Shown piece by piece: positions 45,478-54,460 of a stretch of 64,000 nt of DNA. The DNA is from Actinomycetota bacterium (GTDB taxonomy: Bacteria > Actinomycetota > AC-67), in contig JBBDRM010000096.1 of assembly GCA_040905475.1 (NCBI GenBank), forward strand, positions 4,318-68,317. Direction: 5' to 3'. The position numbers were made by a program, and so were the translations under genes. The stretch's first letter is position 1, and every line of letters starts with the position of its first letter. The notes below the pieces were generated by a model. The model was not told where the DNA came from and did no database searches. It saw only the letters and a list, made by a program, of their open reading frames with translations.

Positions 45478-45849
45478 AGGTGCTCCGGCTCCTGGAGGAG
45501 GTGGTCGATCGCCGCGAGGAACAGCCCTCCGCGATGCCCATCGCTCGCGGTGATCCGCGGAGAGCGTCGCGGTGACGATAGGCCGGGATCCGAGCAACCC
45601 CTCGTGGGCCCACGGCCGGTCGGCGATCCTCCCGAAGCCGACGAGCGACACTTGCGGTGGGTAGATGACGCCGAAGACGGTTTCCACCTCCTGCTCCCCG
45701 AGGTTGGTCACGGTGACCGTGGGGTCGGACATCTCGGAAGCGCGAAGGACGCCCGCGCGCGCACGCTGCACGAGATCGCTCCGTGTGGGAGGGAAGTGAT
45801 GCGACGAACCGTTCGAGACGTCATGACGACCGAGGTGGTGCTCGCCCAC
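45474..45849 (-). pseudogene. C-terminal fragment of a 2-oxoacid dehydrogenase E2 acyltransferase catalytic domain, frameshifted near 45540-45548
   Basis: [10 protein letters not shown]...[12 protein letters not shown]...LSADHR, then a second frame gives [23 protein letters not shown]-stop, ATGA-coupled to the ACP gene. The N-terminal two thirds of the domain are absent. Confidence 0.55.
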
Positions 45850-46483
45850 GAAGCCTCACCGTTCAAGGAGCTCGTCCATCTGATGCAGTCCGCGGACGTC
45901 AGCGCTCTCCCCGTTGTGAACGAGACGGGCGAGCTGGTGGGGATCGTCTCGGAGGCGGATCTCCTCCGCAAGCAAACAGGTTGGCGACGAGCCCGCGCTG
46001 CTTCCGCGGGACCGTCGCAAGGCTGCCGCCCTGATCGCGGGGGAGCTGATGACGGCGCCGGTGGTTACGACGGATCCGGAAGCAACCCTGGCAGAGTCCG
46101 CCCGCCTGATGCACGAGCACGGCGTGAAGCGGCTCCCCGTGATCGACGGCGACGGCAAGCTCGTGGGGATCGTGAGCCGCAAGGATCTGCTGAAGATCTT
46201 CCTACGCGCTGATCGAGACATCCTGCGAGACGTCGTGCACGACGTCGTGGACCGGACGCTCTGGATGGGGCCGGAGGAGGCTGGGCTTCGTGTCGACGTC
46301 ACACAAGGGATCGTGAGGTTCGAGGGAAAGGTCGACCGCCGCCGGGCGATCCGGATCCTGGTCGGACTCGCCTGGGGGATCGACGGCGTCGTCGGAGTCG
46401 ATAACGCCCTCTCCTATCGCATCGACGACGAGATGATCCCGACCGGGTACGTCAGCCCATCAGAAGTGAAGCGCTCCTCGTAG
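45799..46483 (+). pseudogene. CBS-pair plus BON domain protein, frameshifted near 45972-45978 (possibly a sequencing error)
   Basis: [14 protein letters not shown]...IVSEADLLRK in one frame. VGDEPALLPRDRRKAAALIAGELMTAPVVT...BON in the next. Paralog of 58955-59693. Confidence 0.7.
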
Positions 46484-46510
46484 GGATCGAGCACCGCTCG
46501 GCCGGGCGTC

Positions 46511-46714
46511 TCAGTCCACTCTCGAGAGGCTTCTGGCCCTGGCGGTTGACGCTCCGAACACGGGATGAAGCGTGATTAGCGGTCGCTTTCGCTCCAGAGG
46601 CAGCCGGATGATCCGTGCTTCCTTCGGGTACTCGGCTAGGCATACCTGGCAGAGCCCGTGCTCTATCGACCCCGCGCTCCTGCAACGATCGCAATCTACG
46701 AGCCGGCCCCTCAC
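46511..46714 (-). CDS. small zinc-ribbon-like protein (CxxC...CxxC)
   Basis: AAGGAGG 5 nt before the GTG. VDCDRCRSAGSIEHGLCQVC. Locally lower GC. Confidence 0.55.
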   Translation of the reverse strand: MRGRLVDCDRCRSAGSIEHGLCQVCLAEYPKEARIIRLPLERKRPLITLHPVFGASTARARSLSRVD

Positions 46715-46795
46715 TCGTTCCTCCTTGGTAGAAGGCGCAGGTCACAGTACGAGCGGGCGCGCTGCTGGGGTGAGTGCCTGAGGTCCTCCCGGCTC

Positions 46796-46811
46796 AGGGC
46801 CGATCGGCCCT
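46796..46811. promoter_or_regulatory. DevR/DosR-type box, perfect 16-bp palindrome AGGGCCGATCGGCCCT
   Basis: 82 nt upstream of the zinc-ribbon gene start (46714). Confidence 0.5.
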
Positions 46812-46896
46812 GGGACAGGCGTGGTCGCCGGCCCGATTGGACTACTTCCTCCAGAGATCGGACGGTTCCTCTCACCCGCCTCTGGGAGTCGCCCGG

Positions 46897-47328
46897 CTAT
46901 GGACGGACCGCGGCCTGGATCTCCTTGCGAACCGCGTGTCCCAGCCGGCCGATCTGCTCGGCGAACGTCACGACAAGGTCGTCGAAGGAGACGACACCCG
47001 TCAGGTGCCCCTTCACGTCGAGCACAGGGAGCCGCCGCAAGCCCTTCTCGGCCATCTCGCTCGCGGCGGCGAACACGTCGGCGTTGTCGTAGAGGAACGC
47101 GACGTTGCGGGACATCACGCCCTCGACCGGCGCGCTCCCGTCAAGCCCTTCGGCGATGCCTCGAACGACCATGTCGCGGTCGGTCACGACGCCCTTCAGC
47201 GCGCCGTGCTCGTCGACAACCAGAACGCTGCCGACGTTGTCTTGCCGCATCGTTCGCGCAACCTCGACGATCGGGGCGGACGGCGAGCACGTCGTCGCGG
47301 GTCGGTGCTGAAGCTCACGAACATCCAT
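46897..47328 (-). CDS. CBS-pair domain protein (Hrp1-like)
   Basis: AAGGAGG RBS before MDVRELQ. Two CBS repeats. Confidence 0.85.
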   Translation of the reverse strand: MDVRELQHRPATTCSPSAPIVEVARTMRQDNVGSVLVVDEHGALKGVVTDRDMVVRGIAEGLDGSAPVEGVMSRNVAFLYDNADVFAAASEMAEKGLRRLPVLDVKGHLTGVVSFDDLVVTFAEQIGRLGHAVRKEIQAAVRP

Positions 47329-47692
47329 CGGTCTTGCCTCCTTCGGCGGCTTCATCGGGCAGGATGAGATAGAAGAGCGTGCACCCCTCGATGCCTGCTC
47401 GAGCGCCGTGCTCGACACCGGCCGGGACGTGCGCATAGCTGCCCGCCCGGAGGTGATGACCGTCGAACATGCAACCCCCGCTCACCACCCACACGTGATG
47501 CGCGGCGCGACGGTGCTTGTGCGACTCGATCGACGCTCCCGGCTGTAGATGGAGTAGGGCCGCCCGCGCCTGCCCCTCGATCCACAGCACTCTCTCCCGA
47601 GCGTCGACGTGGTGCGCGAACGCCTCCCAGGGCAGCTCCTCCGCGATCGAGTGCTGCAGCACGATGGTCGTCGACCGTGCCATTCGGCTCAC
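47315..47692 (-). CDS. cupin domain protein (paralog of 54119-54448)
   Basis: LHLQPGASIESHKHRRAAHHVWVVSGGCMFDGHHLRAGSYAHVPAGVEHG. Confidence 0.75.
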   Translation of the reverse strand: MSRMARSTTIVLQHSIAEELPWEAFAHHVDARERVLWIEGQARAALLHLQPGASIESHKHRRAAHHVWVVSGGCMFDGHHLRAGSYAHVPAGVEHGARAGIEGCTLFYLILPDEAAEGGKTDGCS

Positions 47693-47732
47693 TCCTCAAC
47701 ATGGATCTTGTGGGAGGCCGCGCCTCGCTCCC

Positions 47733-47748
47733 AGGGCCGATCGGCCCC
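47733..47748. promoter_or_regulatory. DevR/DosR-type box AGGGCCGATCGGCCCC (14-bp perfect palindromic core)
   Basis: In the divergent gap between the cupin operon (47692, -) and the ATPase remnant (47817, +). Confidence 0.5.
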
Positions 47749-47816
47749 GCCGGTGCGGTCCGCGCGGCCCAGGTGCGCCGCGCTCCCTGCCTCCTACCGT
47801 GTTGTCCCAGGAGATC

Positions 47817-48831
47817 ATGTTGAAGGCTGATCCCGCCCCTTCGGAGACGGCCGCCCGCGGCAGTCTCGTGCGAGCCGCCATGGCGACCACGGATGAGCTC
47901 ACCCGGGAGCTCGGCACCACACGCCAGGGACTGAGCGCAGGCGAAGCCGCCGCACGCCTCGGCCGTCTCGGAGAGAACCGGCTGCCCCAAGCGCACGGCC
48001 CGAGCCTCCCGCGTCAATTCGCCGACCAGTTGACCCATTTCTTCGCGCTCATCCTCTGGGTCGCCGCCGGACTGGCCTTCATAGCGGGGATGCCCCAGCT
48101 CGCGTGGGCGATCATCGCGGTTGTTCTCATCAACGGCGCGTTCAGCTTGGCACACGAGTACCGAGCCGAGCGGGCCACCCGCGCGCTCTCCGCGCTCCTG
48201 CCCCGCATCGCGACCGTGCTGCGCGACGGACGGAAGACCTCGGTGGACGCCGCCTATCTCGTGCCCGGCGACGTCATCCTGGTTCGCGAGGGTGACCGGA
48301 TCTCGGCCGATGCGCGGTTGATGCGCTCCGACGGGTTGAAGGTGGACAACTCCGCGCTCACCGGCGAGTCCGAACCCGTGCCGCGGAACGCGCAGACCGT
48401 TGCCGACCGCACGGAACCCCTCGAAGCGCCGAATCTGATCGCGACGCTTCCACTCGGAGCCGCGGTGTTCTTCGGATGGCGACCAGGTGAACCGCTTCCT
48501 TCGGAGGGCATCGCGCTCGCCACACTCTCGACCATGGTGTTCTCCGGGATCGTGCTCATGCAGATGGCCAACGCCTTCGAGTGCAGGAGCAACCCCCGTG
48601 TCGCTGTTCGCGATCCGGCCGCTCTCCAACCGGCTGCTCGTCGGGGCCGTGGCGACCGAGGCGATCGCCCTCGTGACGTTCGTCTACCTGCCGCCACTGC
48701 GGCGCGCGCTCGGACACCATGCGCTGTCGTGGAGACAGTGGGTCCCACTGATGGTCGCGCCTCTTATCCTGTTGGGCGCCGAGGAGACGCGGAAATGGAT
48801 GGCGCGACGGCTGCGGGCCGGCTCACCCTGA
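47817..48831 (+). pseudogene. P2-type cation-transporting ATPase remnant: N-terminal/actuator part joined to the last TM helices (P and N domains deleted), plus a frameshift in a C5 run near 48593-48598
   Basis: GLSAGEAAARL, TGESEPVPR ... EAPNLI joins directly to ATLPLGAAVFF...ANAFECRSNP. The next frame gives SLFAIRPLSNRLLVGA...EETRKWMARR. No DKTGT anywhere. Confidence 0.7.
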
Positions 48832-48841
48832 GCGGTCGCGC

Positions 48842-49948
48842 TCAGGCGCTCGGGTGCCGCGCCGTGAGAACACGCATGAGATCGTCGCGACGCAACAGTC
48901 CGACTACCCGTCCGTCCTCGACGACGGCGGCCGCCTGCCGTCCGGACAGGAGCGAGCTCATGACCTCGCCTTCGATCGGATCCGCGGGCCCGAGCGTCGG
49001 CGCGGAACGGTCCGTGGCTTCCAGAGTCCGGCTTGCGGCCGAGCTCTCGGCGATGGCTTCGGCGTAGAGCATGCCGAAGTACACCCCTTGGGAGAGCACG
49101 GGGAAGTCACGCTGCGCCGAGTAGCGCATCTCATCGACGACGTTCGCGATCGGCATCCTCGCGTCCACGGTGAGCGGCTGATGGAGCATGACGTCGCGGG
49201 CACGCAGTCCGCGCGCGCGCGCGTGGATGACGGTCGCGACCTCCTCGGTCGAGGCTCCGAAGTACACGAACGCGCCGATGACGACGAGCCAGAAGTTCAC
49301 GAACAGGCCGGCCATGACCATGACCCCTGCGAGAAGGCGTCCGATCGACGCGGCGCGCTTCGTCGCGGCCTCGAGATCCATACGACGTTCGAGGAGCGAT
49401 CGAAGGACACGGCCGCCGTCGAGCGGGAAGGCGGGGAGGAGGTTGAATGTCCCGACGAGCAGGTTGAACCAGACGAGGCGGTGCACGAACGGCCCGTCGT
49501 ACAGATCGATGGGGAGGAACGCGATGCCGGCGGCCGCGGCTCCCAGGGCCGCGATCACCGCGATCGCGTAGCTGGTTAACGGGCCGACGATCGCGATGGC
49601 GAGCTCGTCGCGCGGCGCCTCCGGCAGGTTCTCGAGCTTCGAGACGCCTCCGATCGGCAGCAGGACGATCGCTCGGACGAGCGCCCCTCTCTGGCGCGCC
49701 ACGATGCTGTGCGCGAGCTCATGGGCCAGCACGCACGAAAAGATGATGACGAGCCACGCGAGTCCGCTCAGGGCGCCCGGTCCGTTCGGGCCTGCCGATC
49801 CCGCGGCGAAGAGCACGATGAGAACCAGGAACGTGACGTGGACCCGGATCTCGATCCCGGCGACCCGTCCGATCGGGAAGGATAGATCGCGCGCCGCTCC
49901 GCCCGGGCCCTTGCCCGGGGTCGTGCCTTGCCGGATCCGTTGCGCCAT
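48842..49948 (-). CDS. site-2 (M50) metalloprotease with a C-terminal CBS pair
   Basis: HELAHS, NLLPAFPLDGGR, CBS repeats at the C-terminus. Confidence 0.9.
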   Translation of the reverse strand: MAQRIRQGTTPGKGPGGAARDLSFPIGRVAGIEIRVHVTFLVLIVLFAAGSAGPNGPGALSGLAWLVIIFSCVLAHELAHSIVARQRGALVRAIVLLPIGGVSKLENLPEAPRDELAIAIVGPLTSYAIAVIAALGAAAAGIAFLPIDLYDGPFVHRLVWFNLLVGTFNLLPAFPLDGGRVLRSLLERRMDLEAATKRAASIGRLLAGVMVMAGLFVNFWLVVIGAFVYFGASTEEVATVIHARARGLRARDVMLHQPLTVDARMPIANVVDEMRYSAQRDFPVLSQGVYFGMLYAEAIAESSAASRTLEATDRSAPTLGPADPIEGEVMSSLLSGRQAAAVVEDGRVVGLLRRDDLMRVLTARHPSA

Positions 49949-50000
49949 GCTCGTCCCAACCGGTTCCCGCCCAGCCTGACCGGTACCGAGTCGCGGAGGA

Positions 50001-50016
50001 AGGGTCGATCGGTCTC
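50001..50016. promoter_or_regulatory. weak DevR/DosR-type box candidate AGGGTCGATCGGTCTC
   Basis: In the divergent gap between 49948 (-) and 50217 (+). The right arm is degenerate. Confidence 0.3.
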
Positions 50017-50216
50017 ATCCTGTGGGGTCGAACGCCTCCGCTGAATCGCCCGACGGTCCTCCGCCCCTCCGAAGCCGGGCCGGAGGGCCCTGCCGATCCC
50101 GTCCGCGGAGGGCAACGATCGCAGAAGCGCCGGCCGAGCCGGCAGGTCCACGAGGGAGGCATAGCCATCGCCGCGATCGAGGTCGACCAAGCCCGGAAGG
50201 CCGAGGAGCGCATCGG

Positions 50217-52187
50217 ATGAAGGCGACGACGCGCGCCCCCTCGCCCCCGGAGGTTGCCGGGCCGGCTCCCGCCCTGATCCCGACGGCCTCACTTCCCGAC
50301 CGGACCTTTGAGGCGGTCGTCTTCGAGTGGGACGGAACCGCCGTTCCCGACCGCAACGCCGACGCGGGCGAGGTGCGCGCGCGCATCGAAGCGCTGTGCG
50401 CAACCGGCACCGAGATCGTTGTCGTCAGCGGCACGCACGTAGGAAACATCGACGGCCAGCTCGGCGCGCGGTCCGTGGGACCGGGCCGGTTGCACCTGTG
50501 CCTGAACCGCGGCTCGGAGGTCTTCCGCGTCGATCGTGAAGGGCCGCATCTCGTCTATCGACGGACGGCAAGTCCCGAAGAGGATGCCGCGCTCGATCGA
50601 GCAGCGGCGCTGACCGTCGAGCGCCTTCGTGCGCGGGGGCTGCGGGCGGAGATCGTCTCGCAAAGGCTGAACCGGCGGAAGATCGACCTCATCCCGGACG
50701 CCCGGACGGCCCTCGCGAAACTTCGCGATCTGGAGGCCATCGGGTTCGATCGCCTCCTGGCCGGGCATCGAGCCGAGTGGGCGGCTCGCTGGCGGGACGC
50801 TGACGTCACGATCGAAGGCGACGACGACGCGCAGCGCGCGGTCCGGTTCGCGCTCTTCCACCTCATGGCCTCGTCGGCCGGCGACGGGGAAGCCGCCGTG
50901 GGCGCGCGCGGCCTGAGCGGCCCGGCGTACGGCGGCCGCGTCTTCTGGGACGCCGAGGTGTTCGTGCTTGCGTTCCTCGCTGCGACGCACCCGGCTTCTG
51001 CGCGCGCGATGGTCGAGTACCGCATCCGCCGGCTCCCCGCTGCACGCCGCGAGGCGAAGAAGCGGCGGAACGAAGGCGCGCACTTCCCGTGGGAATCCGC
51101 CGACGATGGCACCGAGGTCGCTCCGCGTTTCGTGCGCCCTCCGGATGGCCGCATCGTGCCCATCCGCACGGGCGAGCACGTGGAGCATGTCACGGCCGAC
51201 ATCGCGTGGGCAGCCTGGCACTACGTGCAATGGACCGGAGACGAGGCGTTCCTCCGCGGTCCGGGCCGCATGCTGCTCACCGAGACCGCCCGCTACTGGG
51301 CCTCGTGGGTGCGCTTCGACCGCGCCGGACGAGCCCATCTCTACGGAGTGACCGGCCCCGATGAGTACCACGAGATCGTCGACGACAATGCCTACACCAA
51401 CGTCATGGTGCGCTGGAATCTCGGCCGCGCCGCCGATCTGGTCGAGCGCGACGGGATCGGCGCCACGAGGGACGAGGCTTCGCGGTGGCGCCGGATCGCG
51501 GCCGCGCTGACCGACGGCTACGACACCGCAACGGGCGTCTACGAGCAGTTCGCCGGGTTCCGGCGTCTGGAGCCCGTCGTGATCTCGGAGCTCGCCGCCC
51601 GTCCGGTGGCCGCCGACGTGCTGCTCGGGCGAGAACGAGTTGCACGAGCACAGGTCATCAAGCAGGCGGATGTGCTCATGCTCCATCACCTCGCGCCAGG
51701 GGAGGTCACGCGCGGATCGTTCGAGCCCAACCTCGATTTCTACGAGCCACGCACCGCGCACGGCAGTTCGCTCTCGCCTGGTATCCATGCGGCGCTGCTC
51801 GCCCGAGCCGGCCGGACGGAGCGAGCACTGGAACTGTTCCGGATCGCGTGCCGGCTCGACCTCGACGACCTTACCGGGACGACCGCCGCCGGTCTCCACC
51901 TCGCGGCGATGGGTGGTGTCTGGCAGGCGCTTGCTTGCGGCTTCGCCGGGGTGCGCCCGGGCGGTCGCGCACTAACGCTCGATCCCCGGCTGCCCGAGAC
52001 GTGGGACGCGCTCGGCCTTCGGCTGCGTTTCCGAGGCCGGCGCGTTGGGCTTCGGATCGAGCGTGACCGGATCGACATCGAATGCGATAGCAGCGTCCGC
52101 TTCATGCTACCCGGCGGGCGCCGTGTGACCGTGCGCCCTCCGGGGCTGCGGTTGGCGTACGAGGGGGAAGGATGGAGGGGGGAATGA
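50217..52187 (+). CDS. HAD-like domain fused to glycoside hydrolase family 65 (trehalose/kojibiose phosphorylase-type) catalytic domain; OtsB1-like architecture
   Basis: FEAVVFEWDGT (HAD motif I-like). GH65 central region RAVRFALFHL, HFPWESADDGTE, DDNAYTN, VIKQADVLML, GSSLSPGIHA. Confidence 0.85.
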   Translation: MKATTRAPSPPEVAGPAPALIPTASLPDRTFEAVVFEWDGTAVPDRNADAGEVRARIEALCATGTEIVVVSGTHVGNIDGQLGARSVGPGRLHLCLNRGSEVFRVDREGPHLVYRRTASPEEDAALDRAAALTVERLRARGLRAEIVSQRLNRRKIDLIPDARTALAKLRDLEAIGFDRLLAGHRAEWAARWRDADVTIEGDDDAQRAVRFALFHLMASSAGDGEAAVGARGLSGPAYGGRVFWDAEVFVLAFLAATHPASARAMVEYRIRRLPAARREAKKRRNEGAHFPWESADDGTEVAPRFVRPPDGRIVPIRTGEHVEHVTADIAWAAWHYVQWTGDEAFLRGPGRMLLTETARYWASWVRFDRAGRAHLYGVTGPDEYHEIVDDNAYTNVMVRWNLGRAADLVERDGIGATRDEASRWRRIAAALTDGYDTATGVYEQFAGFRRLEPVVISELAARPVAADVLLGRERVARAQVIKQADVLMLHHLAPGEVTRGSFEPNLDFYEPRTAHGSSLSPGIHAALLARAGRTERALELFRIACRLDLDDLTGTTAAGLHLAAMGGVWQALACGFAGVRPGGRALTLDPRLPETWDALGLRLRFRGRRVGLRIERDRIDIECDSSVRFMLPGGRRVTVRPPGLRLAYEGEGWRGE

Positions 52188-52984
52188 CCGTGAAGATCCT
52201 CGCGTGCATCGACGACAGTCCGTCCGCGCGGCCGGTCCTCGACACCGCGCGCGCCCTCGCGCGCGTTCTCAAGGCCGACGTGGAGGCGCTCCACGTACGG
52301 GAGAACGGCACGATGGCCGTGCAGCGGGATGCGCAGGCGGTAGACGTGCCGCTTCACGTGGAGTTGGGCGATCCCATCTCGATGATCGCCGGCGCCCTGA
52401 GAGAGGACCAGGTCCTGCTCGGAGTCCTCGGGACGAGGAGGGACGCAGTGGGGTGGAGACCGGCCGGGCACGTCGCGCTCGCCGTCGCCGAGGGCGCTTC
52501 GAAGCCGCTCGTGGTCGTGCCGCCTGACTTTCCGTCGCGTGCGCCCGAGGAAGTGAGAAGGCTGCTCGTGCCGCTCGACGGCACGCCCGAGGCGGCCACG
52601 GCGGTCCGGTCGTCCGTCCACGTGTTCGCCGGCTCCGGGGTCGAGGTCGTCGCGCTCCACGTTTTCGATCGGGAGCACGCGCCGCGGTTCATGGACCGCC
52701 CCGAGCACGACTTGGAGGTCTGGGCGGAGGAGTTCCTGGCACGTTACTGCGCGGAACCCGGCGCACGGGTCGAGATCCGCAGGGGAGAGGCGGGCGAGCA
52801 AGTCGTCGAGGTCGCGGAGTCGGCTCGAGTGGACATGATCGCCCTCGGCTGGTCGCAGGATCTCTCGCCCGGCCATGCCGCCGTGGTCCGAGATGTCCTG
52901 ACGCGCGCCTGCGTCCCGATCATGCTCGTCCCCATCGCCGCCGCGCCCGTCGAGACAGAACGGATCGCCGCGGAGGCGACATGA
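52184..52984 (+). CDS. tandem universal stress protein
   Basis: Two USP domains (KILACIDDS..., RLLVPLDGT...). Confidence 0.85.
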   Translation: MTVKILACIDDSPSARPVLDTARALARVLKADVEALHVRENGTMAVQRDAQAVDVPLHVELGDPISMIAGALREDQVLLGVLGTRRDAVGWRPAGHVALAVAEGASKPLVVVPPDFPSRAPEEVRRLLVPLDGTPEAATAVRSSVHVFAGSGVEVVALHVFDREHAPRFMDRPEHDLEVWAEEFLARYCAEPGARVEIRRGEAGEQVVEVAESARVDMIALGWSQDLSPGHAAVVRDVLTRACVPIMLVPIAAAPVETERIAAEAT

Positions 52985-53643
52985 CCGCCGCGACGCCACC
53001 CCGTCTCCACCACGGGGTCATTGGCCCCGCGGTGCGGGACCCGGATGGCCCTGGCAGAGGCGAGGCGCGACCGTCTATGCCTATGGAGGAGCAAGGAGTG
53101 GCGGTGCACGGGACGTGGGTGGTCCTGCTCGTGGAAGCGGATCCCGAGGCGACCGAGCGGCTGGGCGCCTGGCTCGGCCGCGACGGCTATTGGGTGCTCA
53201 CGTGCGCCGGGCCGCTCGCGCCCACCTACACGTGCCCTGGCGGGCAGGGGGAGCGATGCCCTCTTGTCGAACTCGCCGACGTGGTCGTGCTCGACCTCCA
53301 GCTCGAAACCGACACGATGATGGAAGGAGTGCCCGGGTGGCAGCTCATGCTCTACTACCTGTCGATCGGGAAGCCGGTGGTCGCGCTCGCCGATCCCGGG
53401 GATGCCATCCAGCTGGCGTCGGACGAGTCCGTGGTGGTCCTGTCGCGCAGGCCGACGCGCGACGAGCTCACGGTAGCCGTCCGCTCGCTGCTCGGGGAGG
53501 CGGAGCCGGCCCGGCTGCCGGCGCGCGCAGAGACGATCCCGCTCCGTCCCGAGCGCGCCGCCTCGGAGGACGCCGTTATCGATGTCACCGAGGCTTCAGA
53601 TGGGCCGAGCGAGACGGTGGCTGCGAAGGGGGGCGCGCGATGA
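52981..53643 (+). CDS. receiver-like protein with Cys triad (family member P2)
   Basis: ATGA-coupled to the USP gene. VVLLVEADPEATERLGAWLGRDGYWVLTCAGPLAPTYTCPGGQGERCPLVELADVVVLDLQL. Confidence 0.6.
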   Translation: MTAATPPRLHHGVIGPAVRDPDGPGRGEARPSMPMEEQGVAVHGTWVVLLVEADPEATERLGAWLGRDGYWVLTCAGPLAPTYTCPGGQGERCPLVELADVVVLDLQLETDTMMEGVPGWQLMLYYLSIGKPVVALADPGDAIQLASDESVVVLSRRPTRDELTVAVRSLLGEAEPARLPARAETIPLRPERAASEDAVIDVTEASDGPSETVAAKGGAR

Positions 53644-54092
53644 GCCGGGCAGCGGCCGGCACCGCGGACGCGGCGGAGAGCGCGCGCAAGCGCCGGCTCG
53701 TGCTCCTGGTGGGCCCTGACTCCGAAGGGCGGCGTGATCTCGCGCGCGCCCTGATCGAGGGTGGCCACTCCACGGTCATCTGCTCCGGTCCTCCGGGTTG
53801 CGTGCTGCTGAGAGAGGATCGCTGCGTGCTCGTGGACGCCGCCGACGTCACCGTCATCATGCCCTCGCATTCCTCGCGCCGCGAGGTGACATCGGCGCTC
53901 GCGCTGTGCGCGCGGGAGGCCAGGAATGCCGTGATCGTCGAGCCATCGCTCATCGAGCAGACGCCGCCCGGCGCGGAGATCGTGCCTTCGGCCAAGACCA
54001 AGGTCGTCCTCGAGGCCGTGGAGCGGGCACTCGAGCGCGGCCGTGGAAGCGCACGAAAGGGGGTCGCCGATGTCGCCGACATCTGGCTCTGA
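53640..54092 (+). CDS. receiver-like protein with Cys triad (family member P3)
   Basis: ATGA-coupled. LVLLVGPDSEGRRDLARALIEGGHSTVICSGPPGCVLLREDRCVLVDAADVTVIM. Confidence 0.6.
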   Translation: MSRAAAGTADAAESARKRRLVLLVGPDSEGRRDLARALIEGGHSTVICSGPPGCVLLREDRCVLVDAADVTVIMPSHSSRREVTSALALCAREARNAVIVEPSLIEQTPPGAEIVPSAKTKVVLEAVERALERGRGSARKGVADVADIWL

Positions 54093-54118
54093 GCGAACGA
54101 TCGATACGCAGGAGATCG

Positions 54119-54448
54119 TTGCTCGACACCGACGAGATCCGCGCCCTGCTGTGGAAGCCGTCGACCGGGCAGCGGGGCGTGACCGTCAAGGCGCTTTGGG
54201 AGGACTCGAAGGACCGCTCCACCGCCGGCCTGATGCGCCTGGAGCCCGGAGCGAAGGTGACCGTGCACACGCATCGCTATTCGGTGCATCACGTGTGGGT
54301 CACGGAAGGATCGTGCTCGGTGGGGGGCAAGTCACTCGGCCCGGGCGCCTACTGCTTCGTGCCGGCGGGGGTCCAGCACGGGATCGACGCCGCGGGACGG
54401 GGCGGGTCCACGCTGTTCTACCTGTACCTGCGCGCCGAGATGGACTGA
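54119..54448 (+). CDS. cupin domain protein
   Basis: TTG start after AGGAG. LMRLEPGAKVTVHTHRYSVHHVWVTEGSCSVGG...VPAGVQHG. Confidence 0.7.
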   Translation: MLDTDEIRALLWKPSTGQRGVTVKALWEDSKDRSTAGLMRLEPGAKVTVHTHRYSVHHVWVTEGSCSVGGKSLGPGAYCFVPAGVQHGIDAAGRGGSTLFYLYLRAEMD

Positions 54449-54460
54449 CCGCCGAGCCGG

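Noticed and set aside
50289-51899. 536-aa minus-strand ORF.
   Set aside because: It is antisense to the GH65 gene, whose catalytic motifs are clear on the plus strand.
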